A DNA stretch of 64,000 nt from Mobula hypostoma (GCF_963921235.1 NC_086107.1:92816001-92880000); one strand, 5' to 3'; shown: positions 12,058 through 25,644, counted from the first letter of the stretch. Notes: a model not told the origin generated them from the letters alone. Numbers and translations are program-made.

Positions 12058-13125
12058 ACACCAGAGATTCTGCAGATGCTGGAAACTTTGAGTAATGCAC
12101 AACACACAAAATGCTGAAATAACTCAGCAGGTCAGGCAGCATCTATGAAGACTAATAAGCAGTAAAATGCTTCATCAGGACTGGGAAAGAAGGGGGCGGA
12201 AACCAGAATAAGAAGGAGTACAAGCTGGCAGGTGGTAGGTGAGGTCAGGTGAGGGGGAGGGTGGGTTCGTGGGGGAGATGAGGGGTGAAGCAAGAAGCTG
12301 GGAGGCAGATGAGGTGAAGAAGGAATCAAATAGTAGAGGAGAGTGGACTATGGATGAAAGGGAAGGAGGAGGGGCACTAAGGGGAGATGATGAGCAGGTA
12401 AGGAGAAGAGTAGAACCAGAATGGAGAATGGAAAGACAGAGAAGGGGGAGATACTGATGTGCACACCGTCAGTCTGGTTCGGGATGTTGTTGGCTTGCTT
12501 CTATTGTTTGCACAATGTGTTTTTTTTTACTCTCTTTCACTGTGCAGTAGTTTTTGGTCTTTTTTAAAATTGGGTTATTCAGGTTTCTTGCTTTATGGCT
12601 GCCTATAAGCAACAAATTTCAAGGTGTATAATTTATGCATTCTTTGATAATGGGTGTACTTTGAATCTTTGGATCAGGTTGGAGACGGTTCAGCTGGAAT
12701 ATGAGGCGTTGTTCCTCCATCTTGAAAGTGTCCATATCATGGCAGTAGATGAGGTCATGGACCGACATGCCAGAATGGGAATGGGAAGTAGAATTAATAC
12801 GGGTGGCCACTGGGAAAATCCTGCCTTTTGTGGCAGATAGAGCAAAGGTGCTCGATCTATGCCAGGTCTCACTGATGTAGAGGAGGCTACACAGGGAGCA
12901 CTGGATATAGTAGATGACCCTGACAGACACCTCACCTGGAAGGATTGTTTGGGGCCCTGAATGGGGGTAAGGGAGGAGAAGGGGCAGGTGCAGCACGTCC
13001 CATTTGCAGGGACAGGTGTCAGAAGAGAGATTGGTGGGGATGGACAAGAGAGTCACATAGAGAAAAATTCCTATGGAAAGTGGAGAGAGTGAAGAGGGAA
13101 AGATGTGCTTAGAGGTAGGATCCCA
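12058..13125 (-). mobile_element. Decayed Penelope 3' fragment (GIY-YIG + terminal repeat), interrupted at about 12455-12668
   Basis: VIYYIQCSLCSLLYISET, PVATRINSTSHSH, EEQRLIFQL; terminal repeat ctgcagatgctggaaa at ~12070. Confidence 0.85.
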
Positions 13126-13130
13126 TTACA

Positions 13131-14110
13131 CACTCAGTGGCCACTTTATTAGGTGCCTGTACACTTGTGCATTAATGTAAATACCTAATCAGCCAATCAT
13201 ATGGCAGCAACTCAATGCAGAAAAAGCATGCAGACATGGTCAAGAGGTTCGATTGTTCAGACCAAACATCAGAATAGGAAAAAATGTGATGAAAATGACT
13301 TTGAGCAAGGAATGATTGTGGGTGCCAGATGGGGTGGTTTGAGTATCTCAGAAACTCCTGATCTCCTGAGGTTTTCACACAGAATGGTCTCTAGAGTTTA
13401 CAGAGAATGGTATAAAGAACAAAAAAAAATCCAGCCAGGTGGAATGGTTTGAGTATCTCAGAAACTGTTGATCTTGTGGGATTTTCAAGCACTAGCCTCT
13501 AGAGTATTGGCGCGTGGCCAAATGGTCAAAGCGTCGGTCTAGTGATCTGAAGGTCGCTAGTTCGAGCCTTGGCTGAGGCAGCGTGTTGTGCTTGAACAAG
13601 GCACTTAACCACACATTGCTCTGTGGCAACACCGGTGCCAAGCTGTATCAACCCTAGTGCCCTTCCCTTGGACAACATCGGTGGCGTGGAGAGGGGAGAC
13701 TCATAGCATGGGCAACTGCCGGTCTTCCATACAACCTTGCCCAGGCCTGCCCCCTGAAAACCTTCCAAGGCGTAAATCCATGGTCTCACGAGACTAATGG
13801 ATGCCTATTATTATTATTAGCCTCTATACCGAGAATGGAGCAAAAAACAGCTAGCAGTAGGTCTGTGGGCAAAAATGCCTTGCTAATGAGAGAGATCAGA
13901 GGAGAATGGCCAGACTGGTTCAAGCTGACAGGGGGCAATAGCAACTCAGATGACCACGTGCTACAACGGTGGTGTGCTGAAGAGCATCTCTGAACACACA
14001 ACATGTCAAACCTTTGAGTGGGTGTTCTACAGCAGCAGAAGACCATGAACGTGCTCTCAGTAGCCACTTTATTAGACACAGCAGGTATATAATAAAGTGG
14101 ACACTGAGTA
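13131..14110 (+). mobile_element. Non-autonomous Tc1 element with an internal ~110-bp duplication and a SINE insert
   Basis: TIR cactcagtggccactttattagg; transposase HTH remnant GMIVGARWGGLSISETPDLLRFSH. Confidence 0.85.
13505..13817 (+). mobile_element. tRNA-derived SINE, copy 2
   Basis: A box tggccaaatgg, B box gttcgagcc, (TAT)n tail; TSD tagcctcta at 13493-13501 and 13818-13826. Confidence 0.85.
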
Positions 14111-14238
14111 AATCACCCGCCCGTCACCTCGCTACTTTCCTTTAACTGATTCTGTGGATGCCTTAATCAGGTAAGCCGCCTTCCAACAGTTGCAAAGGAT
14201 GAACTTTTATGTTTAGCGGGGCAATTTTGGCGACATAA

Positions 14239-14412
14239 TGACAGTGGGAGTTTGAGTCATTTTATGAAGTTTTTTACAGAGATCTTAATGTAATTCAGTC
14301 TGACTCCAGGGAAGAAGATTGGCAAATGAACACACAACACGCTCATTTCCAGAAATCTAATTTCATCAGCAGGATAAATTAGTGTAATGGCAAGGCTCAC
14401 TCTGATTAATTC
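14239..14412 (+). other. Duplicated non-coding element, copy A
   Basis: Homologous to 18384-18550, with identical core gactccagggaagaagattggcaaat. Confidence 0.75.
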
Positions 14413-15715
14413 TGGTCGCGTACACTTCAGCCCATTTATGGGATATGAATGTCACTGGCCATGTGGGCACCCACTGTCCTTTACCAACAGCCCTTGAGAA
14501 GGTGGTGGTCAGATGCCTTCCAGAGCCCCTAGACCCTGCAGAGAGCATGCCATCGGGAAGGGAGACAGACCAGGGACCACAGAGAATTTCTTTAGCCAGG
14601 GGGTGGTGAATCTGTGAAATTCATTGCCATAGACAGAGGAGGACAATTCATTGGGTATTTTTAAAGTGGGGGGTTAATAGATTCTTGATTTTATTTATCT
14701 ATCTATCAATCTATTTATTTATCTGTCTGTTACTTATTTATTATTTGTTTGTTTGTTTATTGATTGATTGATTGAGAAACAGTGCAGAATAGGCCCTTCT
14801 GGCATTTTCAGCCCCACCACCCGCCTACTCATGGAACTATCTACAATGACTGATTAATCTGCCAACCGGTAGGTCTTTGGACTGTTTGATTAGGAAAAGT
14901 TTACAAGAAGAAGGCAGAAAAACGGAGATGAGAGAGATAGTAAATAGGACATGATGGAATGGTGAAGCAGACTCAATGGGCCGAATGGCCCCGATCTGCT
15001 TATGGAGAGGAGGTTCCTTTAATAGCCAGGTGGGTGGCTTGAAGGCAGAGCCCGAGATCCGAGAGGAAGCCTCACGACCGGCACTTCAGGAAGTGAGGTT
15101 GAGGAAAACAATTGCGCCTGGCTAATATGAGGAGCGCAATGTTAGGAGATTGCAGGAAAGTATAGGAGGGATGTCGGAGGTGGGTGTTTTACACGGAGAG
15201 GGGTGGGTGCGTGGAACGTGCTGCCAAGGTGGTGGTTGAGGCAGATACATTCAGTGCATAGAAGACAGAAAAATAGGGGGGGGGGAGTATGTGGGAGGGA
15301 GGGGTTAGATCGATCTTAGAGTAGGTTAAATGGTCAGCACAACATTGTGGGACAAAGGAGGCTGTAATGTGCTGTGCTGTTCTACGTTCTCTGTTAAGAT
15401 CTGGAATCTGGAGGAAAGGGGGATGACACATTATGAAACAGAGTTAATATGCAGGATTAATGGGCAACTAAGAAGACAGGGACCACTTCCAGCAGTGATG
15501 AAGGGTCATCAAGGGACACAACATTGTGGACTGAAGCGCCTGTACTGTTTTATGTTCCACGTTCTTCCTTGTTCTTTCATAAAATCATATAACCCACTTG
15601 GTCCGTACTGACCCTAATGCCTCTCCATGTTAAACCCATGTTCTTGAATTAGGCCAGTACCATTCCACACTGTTCCTTTACCTATGCAGTTGCCTTTTAT
15701 ATGTTTTGATTGTAT

Positions 15716-16108
15716 TTTTGGGTGGTGGAGTGGACATACGTCTCTACCAAAGGAAGTGTAAGGAGCTCCTTCCCTCCGCTAGCCTGCATGTCACTCTTGG
15801 GAAGGTCTAGCACCTGCTTAGCACCCCCCCTCCCCCGATCAGAGACATTTAAACCATGGGAGCATGGTGTTGGATGGTTGTATGAGCAACTGGGGCATAT
15901 CGTAAGTCCAGTTTATGTGACCACTGATGTCAGGCTGACAACCTTTGAAGAGTAGTGATAATGGCTGGGATCACCCATCTTGTAAAGACACTGCCCAGAA
16001 GAACCCAATGGCAAACCACTTCTGAGGAAAAATATGGCCAGAACAATCATGGTCATGAGAGGACCATGATCGCCCACATCAAACGACATAGCACATAATG
16101 AATGAATG
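15716..16108 (+). mobile_element. RTE/Bov-B-tailed non-autonomous retroelement
   Basis: RTE-like tail aatggcaaaccacttctg and (AATG)n end; inverted second copy at 17873-18258. Confidence 0.65.
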
Positions 16109-16179
16109 GATTGTATCTGCCTCTACAACTTCCTCTTTCCAGATAATTGTGTGAGAATCTTACCCCTGAGATCTTATCC

Positions 16180-17160
16180 CACGGTAGCGTACTGATAAGC
16201 ACCATGCTTTTACAGCATGGAGAGTTCAGAATTCAATTCAATGTCATCTGTTAGGAGCATGTCCTCCCTGTGGAATGCATGGGTTTTCCCTGGGTGCTCC
16301 GGTTTCCTACCACAGCCCAAAGACAAACCGGCTAACAGGTCAATTGGTCATTGTAAATTGTCCCATGATTAGGCTGGTGTTGCTGAGCAGTGCGGCTCAA
16401 ATCAGAATCAGGTTTAATATCACCAGTGTATGTCGAGAACTTTGTTACCTTTGCGGAGGAGCCAGATGTGCACTGTATCTTCAATAAGTAAATAAACAAA
16501 TATCCTATAAATATCTCCTCTCTCTGTGCCCTCTAGCTCTGTACTCCATGTGTAGGTAAAGAAAGAATTGACCTGTGTATCCTATTGGCACAATCATGTA
16601 GCAGTTAGCGTAAGGCTTTACAATGCCAGCTGTAAGATCGAGATTTAAATCCTGCCATGCTCCTTAAGGAGTTTACACATTCTCCCCGCGACCGCAACGG
16701 TGTCCCCCCACATTCCAAAGACGTGCAGGTTAGGCTTAGTGAATTGTGAGCATGATATGTTAGCGTTAGAAGCATGGAGACACTTGTGGGCTATCCCGAG
16801 CACATCCCCGAACTGTGCGGGGCAAACAATGCATTTCTCTGAGAGTTTTGATGTGCTTTGCAAATAAAGCTAATCTTTCATCTTACAGTCTTTAAGACCT
16901 CTATGGCGCCACTCCTCGGTCTCAGTAGGAACAAATGCAGCCTTTGCGATCTTTCCACAGCCATTCATTCCATGCACCGTCCTGGCACATCTCTTCTGCA
17001 GTCTCTCCACTGGTGCGCATCCTTCTTGTTGAGTGGCAGTCACCTGTGGGCTGCCCCAGTGCATCTCCAGATGATCTTGATCGATGACGCAAATGGCACA
17101 TTTCACTGGTGTTCCAATCTTTCAATGTGCATGTGACAGATAAAGCTAACCTAATCTAAT
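16180..17160 (+). mobile_element. Cluster of V-SINE copies with a small CR1 fragment
   Basis: V-domain motifs at ~16280 and ~16670; tail catgtgacagataaagctaa. Confidence 0.65.
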
Positions 17161-17161
17161 C

Positions 17162-17682
17162 CACAGTCAGTGGCCACTTTATTAGGTACAGAAGCAGAAC
17201 CCATTTTGGTCTTCTGCTGCTGTAGCCCATCCACTTCAAGGTTCAACGTGCTGTGCGTTCAGAGTTGCTCTTCTGCACACCACTGTTGTAACATGTGATC
17301 ATTTGAGTTACTGGCCTTTTCCTGTCGGCTTGAACTAGTCTGGCCTCTTCTGACCTCTTGCATTAACAAGGCCCACAGAATGGCTGCTCATAGGAGTTTT
17401 CTTTTGATCTTCACACCATTCTCTGTAAACTCTAGAGGCTGCTATACATGAAATTCCCAGGAGATCAACAGTTTCTGGGATACTCAAAACACCCCAACTG
17501 GCACCAACAATCAATCTACGGTTAAAGTCACTTAGATCACTTTCCTTCCCCATCCTGATATTTGGTCTGAACAACAACTGAACCTCTTGACCATGTCTGC
17601 ATGCTCTTATGCATTGAGCATGATTGGCTGATTAGATATTTGCATTATTGAGCAGGTGTACCTAATAAGGTGGACACTGAGT
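17162..17682 (-). mobile_element. Non-autonomous Tc1 element
   Basis: TIRs cagtggccactttattaggtac and gtacctaataaggtggacactgag; HTH remnant LIVGASWGVLSIPETVDLLG. Confidence 0.85.
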
Positions 17683-17872
17683 CTAATGTTATATTAAGAC
17701 CGTACCACCCTCATCCCAGGTCCCTTCTCTGAGGTGAAGAACAAAAATCTCATTGAGGAAGTGTGGGACCAGGGTGGAGACCACCACTCCTGATGCAGGT
17801 CTTCCTATGTTTGTGTCACACACTTGAATGGAAGTGGGTGGGATGCTCATCATAGAAGAAGTGCCCACCACC

Positions 17873-18258
17873 TCATCATCATTATGTGCCATGTTGTATG
17901 ATGTGGGTGATCATGGTCTCGTGGCCATGATTGCTCTTGGCAAATTTCTCTTCAGGAATGTTTTGCCATTGCCCTCTTCTGGGCGGTGTCTTTACAAGAC
18001 GGGTGACCCCAGCCATTATCAATACTTTCAGCAAATGTCCACCTGGCATCAATGGTTGCTTAACTAGGGCTTGTCATATGCACTGGCTGCTCATACAACC
18101 ATCCACCAACTGTTCCCATGGCTTCATTGGCTGGGGGTGGTGGGAGGGGAGGCTAAGCAAGTGCCACACCTTGCCCAAAGGTGACCTGAAGGAATACCTT
18201 GCCTTGCACCTCCTTTGGTAGAGACGCAAATCTAACCCGTCACCCTGCCCACCACCTG
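17873..18258 (-). mobile_element. RTE-tailed non-autonomous element, copy 2
   Basis: Reverse-complement similarity to 15716-16108. Confidence 0.65.
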
Positions 18259-18383
18259 GATGGTTTAAATGTTTCTGGAAGAATAACATTTCCTCCGTTT
18301 CCCCTTGCCCACAACAAATTCCCTCTTTATAGCATGGCTGTAAAACTGTGAATTTTTAAGACAACAACCTCAGTGCTGCTCAC

Positions 18384-18550
18384 TGACAGCAGGAATTGTT
18401 TTATGAAACTCCAGAGAAATATAGAAATGTTTCAGCCAGACTCCAGGGAAGAAGATTGGCAAATTAACACACAACACGCACATTTCAAGGAATCTAATTT
18501 CTTAAGCAGAATGAATTGGTGTAATGGTGGAAAACCTTTTTGATTAATTC
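18384..18550 (+). other. Duplicated non-coding element, copy B
   Basis: Homologous to 14239-14412. Confidence 0.75.
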
Positions 18551-18942
18551 CTGATAAACTGCCAATTAGTTGGAGCAAACTCAGCAATTATGTAACCCAC
18601 AGCGTAGTTCCATTTCCACCTCCTGATTTGCAGTCATAGTCATAGAGTCGTTAAGCACAATAGCACAGAAACAGCCCCTTTGTCCCATCTAGTCTGTGCC
18701 AAGCCATTATGCTGCCTAATCCATAGGCCTCTATACCCTTCCCTGGGTATCCATGAGCTTATCCAAATTTCTCTTAAATGTTGCAATCACACCTGCATCC
18801 ACCACCTCCACTGACAGCTTGTTCCACGCTCGCACCACCCTCTAAATGAGGAAGCTCCCCCTCACGTTCCCCTTAAACGTTTCATCTTTCACCCTTAGCC
18901 CATGACCTCTAGTTCTAGCCTCGCCCAGCCTCTATGGAAAAA

Positions 18943-19042
18943 GCAACACACACAAAGTGCTGGAGGAACTTGGCAGGTCAGGCAGCACCTGTGAAAATGA
19001 ATAAACAGTCGACATTTTGGGCCAAGACCCTTCTTCAGGACT
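18943..19042 (-). mobile_element. Penelope terminal-repeat mini-insert with degenerate hammerhead, inside a CR1 3' fragment
   Basis: Reverse complement reads agtcCTGAAGAagggtcttggcccAAAAtgtcgactg. Confidence 0.8.
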
Positions 19043-19298
19043 TGTGGGAAAAACCTTCCTGCATTTACCCTTAATATTTTGTATACATCTTTCAAATCTT
19101 TCCTCAAATCTTCTGATTATCTATGTAAAGTCAGTTGTTTCACCTCCTTTTTCCACCCTCCCCTGGCCCCTTTCAAACCCACAGCCCTGTCCTCAGCCAC
19201 TCACCCTTTCATGAAAAGCTCCATCTTTTTGGTATGTGTCGAGTGGACAACCAGAGACTCTTTTCCCAGGGCAGAAATGGCTAATACAAAGGGGCATA

Positions 19299-19425
19299 AT
19301 GATGAATGGTCTCGGCCCGAAACGCCGACTGTACCTCTTCCTATAGATGCTGCCCGGCCTGCTGCGTTCACCAGCATTTTTTGTGTGTGTTGCTTGAAAT
19401 TCCAGCATCTACAGATTTCCTCGTG
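19299..19425 (+). mobile_element. Penelope terminal-repeat mini-insert inside a CR1 fragment
   Basis: gatgaatggtctcggcccgaaacgccgactg...ccagcatctacagattt. Confidence 0.8.
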
Positions 19426-20567
19426 ATAACTTTAAGTGTTGGAAGGAAAGTATAAGGCAGATATCAGAAATTTTTTTTTACATGGAGAGCAGGTTAAGGA
19501 GTTGGCACAGCAAGTGGGTCGAAGGACCTGTACTCTGCTATAGTGTTCTATGTTTTCACCTTTCAGTTCAAACTGCAGTTCTCCCCCTTTGTGTGTTCTG
19601 TGCTGATCTGCTGAGCTTGTTACCACTGATCCTGGGCACGTTATGCTGTCGCTGGAATGGGTGACAGTGCTTGTGGGCTTGCATCGTCACATCCTTGGGT
19701 GTGCTGGCTGTTAACACGAAGGACGTATTTCGCTGTATGTCTCGGTGTCCGTGTGACAAACAAGCTTGGATCCTGCGTTCTGAATCACGCTGCCATTTCT
19801 CCGCGGACCCTTCACTGGAGTCAAAGTGACGGACGTTTTATCTGGGGTGGAGGTACAAGCGGACCAAAACAAATGCGTTGACCTTAAGCTGATGTGTTAT
19901 CCCTGTCGTCTGGGAAAGAATCCAGAAGCAAGCTGTTGCTCAATACATTGCTGTTATGGCATCCTGTTGTGAAATTAATCGACTGCTGTTTGATTACACT
20001 TCAAAGAAGATATAATATACTCTCCCACCTCCCGCCTTCTTTATTTTACTATTCTAGTTCTCCTCTCACCTGCTTCTCTTTTCCTTTCTGTGGTTCCCTC
20101 CTTCCCTTTCTCCCATTGTCCACCCTCCTCGCTTATCAGATTCCTTCTTCCCCTTTACCTCTACCACCTACCACCTCCCAGTTTCTTACTTCCACCCTCC
20201 CCCTCATCCCTCACCCACCCAACCTCCTCTCACCTGGTCTCACCGATCACCGGCCCCTCCTCTCACCTTCTCACTCTGCTTTTTGCCCCCTCCCTTCCCG
20301 GTCCTGATAAAGGATTTTGGTCTGAAGTGTTGACAGCTTATTTCCCTCCATTGATGCTCCCTGACCTGCTGATTTCCTCCGGCATTTTATGTGTGTGTGT
20401 TGCTCTGGATTTACAGAATCTGCAGAATCTCTTGTGTTTACGAGCCATGCTTCTCTTCATAGACTAGGGAATAAAATATAAAGTAGGGATATTACGTTAC
20501 CACTTCAGAAAAATCTGGCTAGACCACACATGGAGTATCAGCTGTCAGCTTGCACTCCTCCCCTTCC

Positions 20568-20756
20568 CAAACAAGAGAAAGTCTGCAGATGCTGGAAATC
20601 CGAGCAACACACACAAAATACTGGAGGAACTCAGCAGGCCAGGCAGCATCTATGGAAAAGAGTACGGTCGACATCTCGGCCCAAAACGTCGACTGTACTC
20701 TTTCTCATAGATGCTGCCTGGCCTGCTGAGTTGCTCCAGCATTTTGTGTGTGTTAT
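20568..20756. mobile_element. Fold-back (palindromic) Penelope terminal-repeat element
   Basis: Arms 20606-20672 and 20688-20754; TSD tcctccccttcc at 20556-20567 and 20757-20768. Confidence 0.9.
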
Positions 20757-21199
20757 TCCTCCCCTTCCTCCCCTTCCTCCCGCCTTCTTATTCTGGCTTC
20801 TGACTTTTCCAGCCCAGATGAAGGGTCTCAGTGCAAACTGTTGACTGCTTATAGATTCTGCCTGACTTGCTGAGTTTCTCCAGCATTCTGTCTGTGTTGC
20901 AGAGGGCACATGGGTCAGAAACGGGGTAAAGCTCTCACTACACCATCCTGTCACACACTCCAAGGTTCAGGTAGCCTCCTGGGGGCAGGAAAGGATAGCT
21001 ATCCATGTATCCTGGAAGCGGGCAGCAGAGGACTCCGCCTGGCAATATTCCAGGAGTACGTCTGTGTCTGGGTAGCCACGGAAGAGGAACCCATGGTGTC
21101 CACAGATACCGTCATGACCACAGATTTTGCCGCAGAGTCTGGGGCCCTTTCAGGCAGGCAGCTGAACATGAGAATGCATATTCCAGCCAGTTAGTATTT

Positions 21200-23190
21200 C
21201 ATTGTGGTTGTACGTAACTCCCTGCCTTGTTGTTTCATCTTTGTCAAGTCTTGACCAACGGACAGTGATAGCTACCTCCCACCGCTCCCCCCTTACCTTA
21301 ATCCTTATTCCAGTACAGTTTAAACTGATGCTGTAAAGAGGTGGAATTAATTTAGTGTTAAATTACTACTCTGAGCTAAAGTGTCATTGTTAGCTTTAGT
21401 TTGAGAGTTTTAGTTAATGGCCTTGTTGGCCTAGCTCTTATTATTCTCTTTCCTTTTGTTCTGCGCAGTTCTTATTAAAATTCAATGAACTGTTCAATCT
21501 GCTTTAGTGTCTCTCCCTCTGCACTTGGGCTATCACTGCACATCTGTCTGAACAAGACTCAAGCACCAAAATGGACCCAGTGAAGAGAGAACAGCTGAGC
21601 ATGGCCCTGACATTCATTGTTCAGGTAGGAGAGAAGTTAAAGTCAGTGGAGGCTGCGCTAGCAGCGGTGTCTCATGCAGTGCGATAGCTACTCACAAAAG
21701 ACAAGCCCAGTCCAAACTGAAGTTCGCAAAGGAGAAGTTAAAGTCAGTAGAGACTGGGTTGGCAGAAGTGACCCACATAGTGTGACAACCACTTTAAGAG
21801 TGGCAGGCCCAGTCCAAGCAGGAACGACTGGTTTCAATACTCACACAGAACAGTTCAATAACTCACCACGAACAGCCAGAACCAGGTGGCAACATTAATG
21901 CTCTCGCTGCCGCACTTCAACAGCCTTCAGCCAGGACGTTCCCACTCCCAGCATAAGCACCTCCCACATACTCCTCTATAACAGTTTCATACACCTCAGC
22001 CACTAATTCTCCAATTCCCTTGGCAGCTTCTGGACCTGAACCAAGCATTCCTCCACCAGAAACTCCAGAGACCCCCCCCCCCTCCCGCCATGGCTGCAGA
22101 AACTTTATTACCCACTGTGAGATGACTTTCCAATCCCAGCCAGGTCTTTTAGGTGATGAAGTGTGTAAACTAGTTTACATGATGAATTTCTTAGATGAAC
22201 TCCGAGTCAGCCTGTTCAACGTTCAATGAGGACTAAGTTCCCCTGCAGCCCAGTCTTTCGTGCAATTTGTAGTCGAGATCAAGAGAGTTTTTGATCTTCC
22301 GGTACGGGATCGGGAGGCTGATGGTCAACCTCTGGGCAGCAGCAAGAACGACCTTTCCGCAGAACCCCTCCAACTTCTGCTAGAAGGCAACCGCAGGGAA
22401 CAGCTCTCCTAACCTGAACTGCTGTTGGTACTTGGCCTTGCCTGGCTATCTCCATACAACCCATGGATCTGCCACTGTGCGCCACAGTGTATTGGATTGA
22501 GGTCACCCTTCCCATCTGCTTGGCCACACGTGGATTCAACAGACACTAGAATTTATAGAGAGACTATTTTGGTGGTTGTCTATGTCACAGGATGCCCACA
22601 ACTTCATCTCTGCCTATCCCACATGCCCAGAACAAGACACCATGTCAGCACTCTGCCTCTAGTCCCAACTCTCAATGGATTTTATCACTGGCCTCTCGCC
22701 ATCAGATGGAGACACTTCCATTCTGGTAGCTGTGGACCGGTTCTCCAAAGGTGCCTCATTCATTCCTCTCCCCAGGGTCTCCCCATCAGCTTGTGAGACT
22801 GTCACCCTCATGGTTCAGCATGTGTTCAGGCTGCACAACTTCCCTCTGGACATTTTGGGAAGATTTTCTGTTCTCTTTTGGGAGCAACAGACAGCCTCTC
22901 ATCAGAATTACTCTCACGATCCAATGGCCAGACTGAGACAGTGCATCAAAAGCTGCAGACAGCCGTGCACTGCCTTGTATCTTCCAAACCCATGACCTGG
23001 AGCTCTCAACATGCTTGGGCAGAGATTGCCTACAATAACCTCCAGTCATTCCCCACTGGTATGTCTGCCTTTGAATTTCAAAAGGGATTCCAGCCACTGC
23101 TCATCTCTGATCAAGAGAATAACATGGGAGTTCCTACCCCTGTACAGTTGGTCCAACGCCAGAAGCACATGTGGGAATGGGCTGGGGCTT
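21200..23190 (+). mobile_element. Internally deleted Ty3/Gypsy LTR retrotransposon remnant (gag + integrase, no RT seen)
   Basis: gag-like MDP start at 21571 and GCRNFITHCEMTFQSQP; integrase MDFITGL...VDRFSK, SNGQTETVHQKL, WAEIAYNN; left boundary approximate. Confidence 0.8.
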
Positions 23191-23192
23191 AG

Positions 23193-25140
23193 ACCATAAA
23201 ATATAGAAGCAGAATTAGGCCAATTGGCGCATCAAGTCTGCTGCACCATTGCTTCATGGCTGATCCAATTTTTTTCTCGGACGCACTCTCCTGCCTTCTC
23301 CCTGTATCCCTTCATACCCTGACCAATCAAGAATCAATCAATCTCTGCCTTAAATGTACATAAGGATGATCTCCACAGTTGCCTGTGGCAAAGAATTCCA
23401 CAGATTCACCACTCTCTAGCTAAATAAATTCCTCCTCATCTCTGTTCTAAAAGGATGACCTTCTATTCTGAGGCTTTGTCCTCTGGTCTTAGACTCTCAC
23501 ACCATAGGAAACATCTCCTCCACATCCACCCTGTTAAGGCTTTTCACTATTCAATAGGTTTCGATGAAGTCACCCCTTATTCTTCTGAATTCCACTGAAT
23601 ACAGACCCAGAGCCATCAAATACTCTTCATAGGACAAACCATTCAATCCTGGAATCATTTTCATGAACCTCCTCTGAACCCTCACCAGTTTCTACACATC
23701 CTTTCTAAGATAAGGGGCCCAAAACTGTTCACAATACTCTAAGTGAGGCCTCACCAGTGCTTTACAAAGCCTCAAAAGGCATACTTTTATATTCTAGTCA
23801 TCCTGAAAAGAATGCTAACATCTCATTTGCCTTCCTCACCACAGACTCTATCTGCAACTTAACCTTTAGGGAATCCAGCACAAGGACTCCCAAGTCCTTT
23901 TGCGTCTCAATTTTTTTTTGTATTATCTCTCCATTTAGAAAATAATCAACCCTTTATTTCTTCCACCAAAGTGCATGACCGTATACTTCCTAACACTGTA
24001 TTCAATCTGTTATTTCTTTGTCCATTCTCCTTATCTGTCTAAATCCTTCTGCAGCCTCTCTACTTCCTCAAAACTACCTACCCCTCCATCTAACTTCATA
24101 TCGTCTGCAAACTTTACAACAAAGCCATCAATTCCATCATCCAAATCATTGACATATAATGTAGAAAGAATCAGTCCCAACAGAGACTTCTGTGGAGTCA
24201 GTGGCAGCCAACCAGAAAAGGCTTCCTTTATTCCCGTGCTTTGCCTCTTGCCAATCAGCCACTGTTTTATCCATGCTAGAATCTTTCCTGTCATACCACG
24301 AGCTCATAGTTTGTTAAGCAGCCTCATGTATGGCACCTTGTCAAAGGCCTTCTGAAAATCCAAGTACGCAACATCAACCAATTCTTCTTTGTCTATCCTG
24401 CTTGTCATTTCTCCAAAGAATTTCTACGGATTTGTCAGGCAAGATTTTCCCTTGAGGAAACCATGCTGACTATGGCCTATTTTATCATGTAGCTCCAAGT
24501 ACCCTGAATCCTCATCCTTAACAATTGACTCCAACATCTTCCCAACCACTGACATGAAACTATCTGGCCTACAATTTCCTTTCTTTTGCCTCCCTCCCTT
24601 CTTGAAGAGTGGAGTAGCACTTGCAATCTTCCAGTCTTCCAGACCCATTCCAGAATCTAGTGACTCTTGAAAGATCATTACTAATGCCTCCACAATCTCT
24701 TCAGCCACCTCTTTCAGAACTCTGGTGTGTACACCATCTGGTCCAGGTAATTTATTTACCTGCAGAACTCTCAGTTACCCAAGAATCTTTTCTCTATTAA
24801 CGATAACTTCACTCTTCATGACCCCTGACACCTGGAATTTCCACTGTACTGCCAGTGTCTTCCACAGTGAATACTGACGCAAAATACTTATTCAGTTCAT
24901 CCACCATTTCCCTGACCCCATTACTACTTCTCCAGCATTGCTTTCCAGTGGTCTGATATCCACTCTTGTCTCTCTTTTACACTTTATGTATCAGAAGAAA
25001 CTTTTGGTATCCTCTTTAGTATTACTGGTTAGCTTACTTTCATATTCAATTTTACCTTCTTAATGACTTTTTAAGTTGCTTTATGTTGTTTTTTAAAAGC
25101 TTCCCAATCCTCTAAATTCCCACTCATTTTTGCTGTATTA
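23193..25140 (-). mobile_element. CR1/HER1-like LINE, decayed RT
   Basis: DWKIASATPLFKKG, SQHGFLKGKSCLTN, KFADDMKL. Confidence 0.9.
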
Positions 25141-25548
25141 TAAGCCCTGTTATTTACTCTATTATTATTGCGATTAAATAATATAAAATACTGATTTTTG
25201 TGTTGCTGTTGTTGCTTGTGGTGTTCTGTTCAATATTGTGTGCATGCTGCACTGATGCCAGAATACGTGGCAACACTTGTGAGCTGTACCGGTACATCCT
25301 TAGCTGGTATTGCTTGTTCATGCAAACGACACGTTTCATTGTGTGTGTCACAGCTAGGGTACTGTGTGCGGCTCAGGACACCACACCACAGGATGGGTTT
25401 GATTGCACTGGAGCGGATGCAAAGGAGATTCCCTCTTCTCATTGCTACCATCATGGAGGAGGTACAGGGACCTGAAGACCCACACTCAATGTTGTAGGAA
25501 CAGTTTCTTCCCATCACCATCAGATTTTTAAATGGTCCACTTACCCTT

Positions 25549-25551
25549 TCT

Positions 25552-25588
<37 letters not shown>

Positions 25589-25601
25589 ACACACACACAC
25601 T

Positions 25602-25644
<43 letters not shown>

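Noticed and set aside
13505..13580. tRNA gene
   Set aside because: The A/B boxes belong to a SINE head, which continues into a SINE body with tail and TSD
21571..23190. Domesticated Gypsy gene (RTL/PEG10-like)
   Set aside because: Multiple stops and frameshifts, and large deletions
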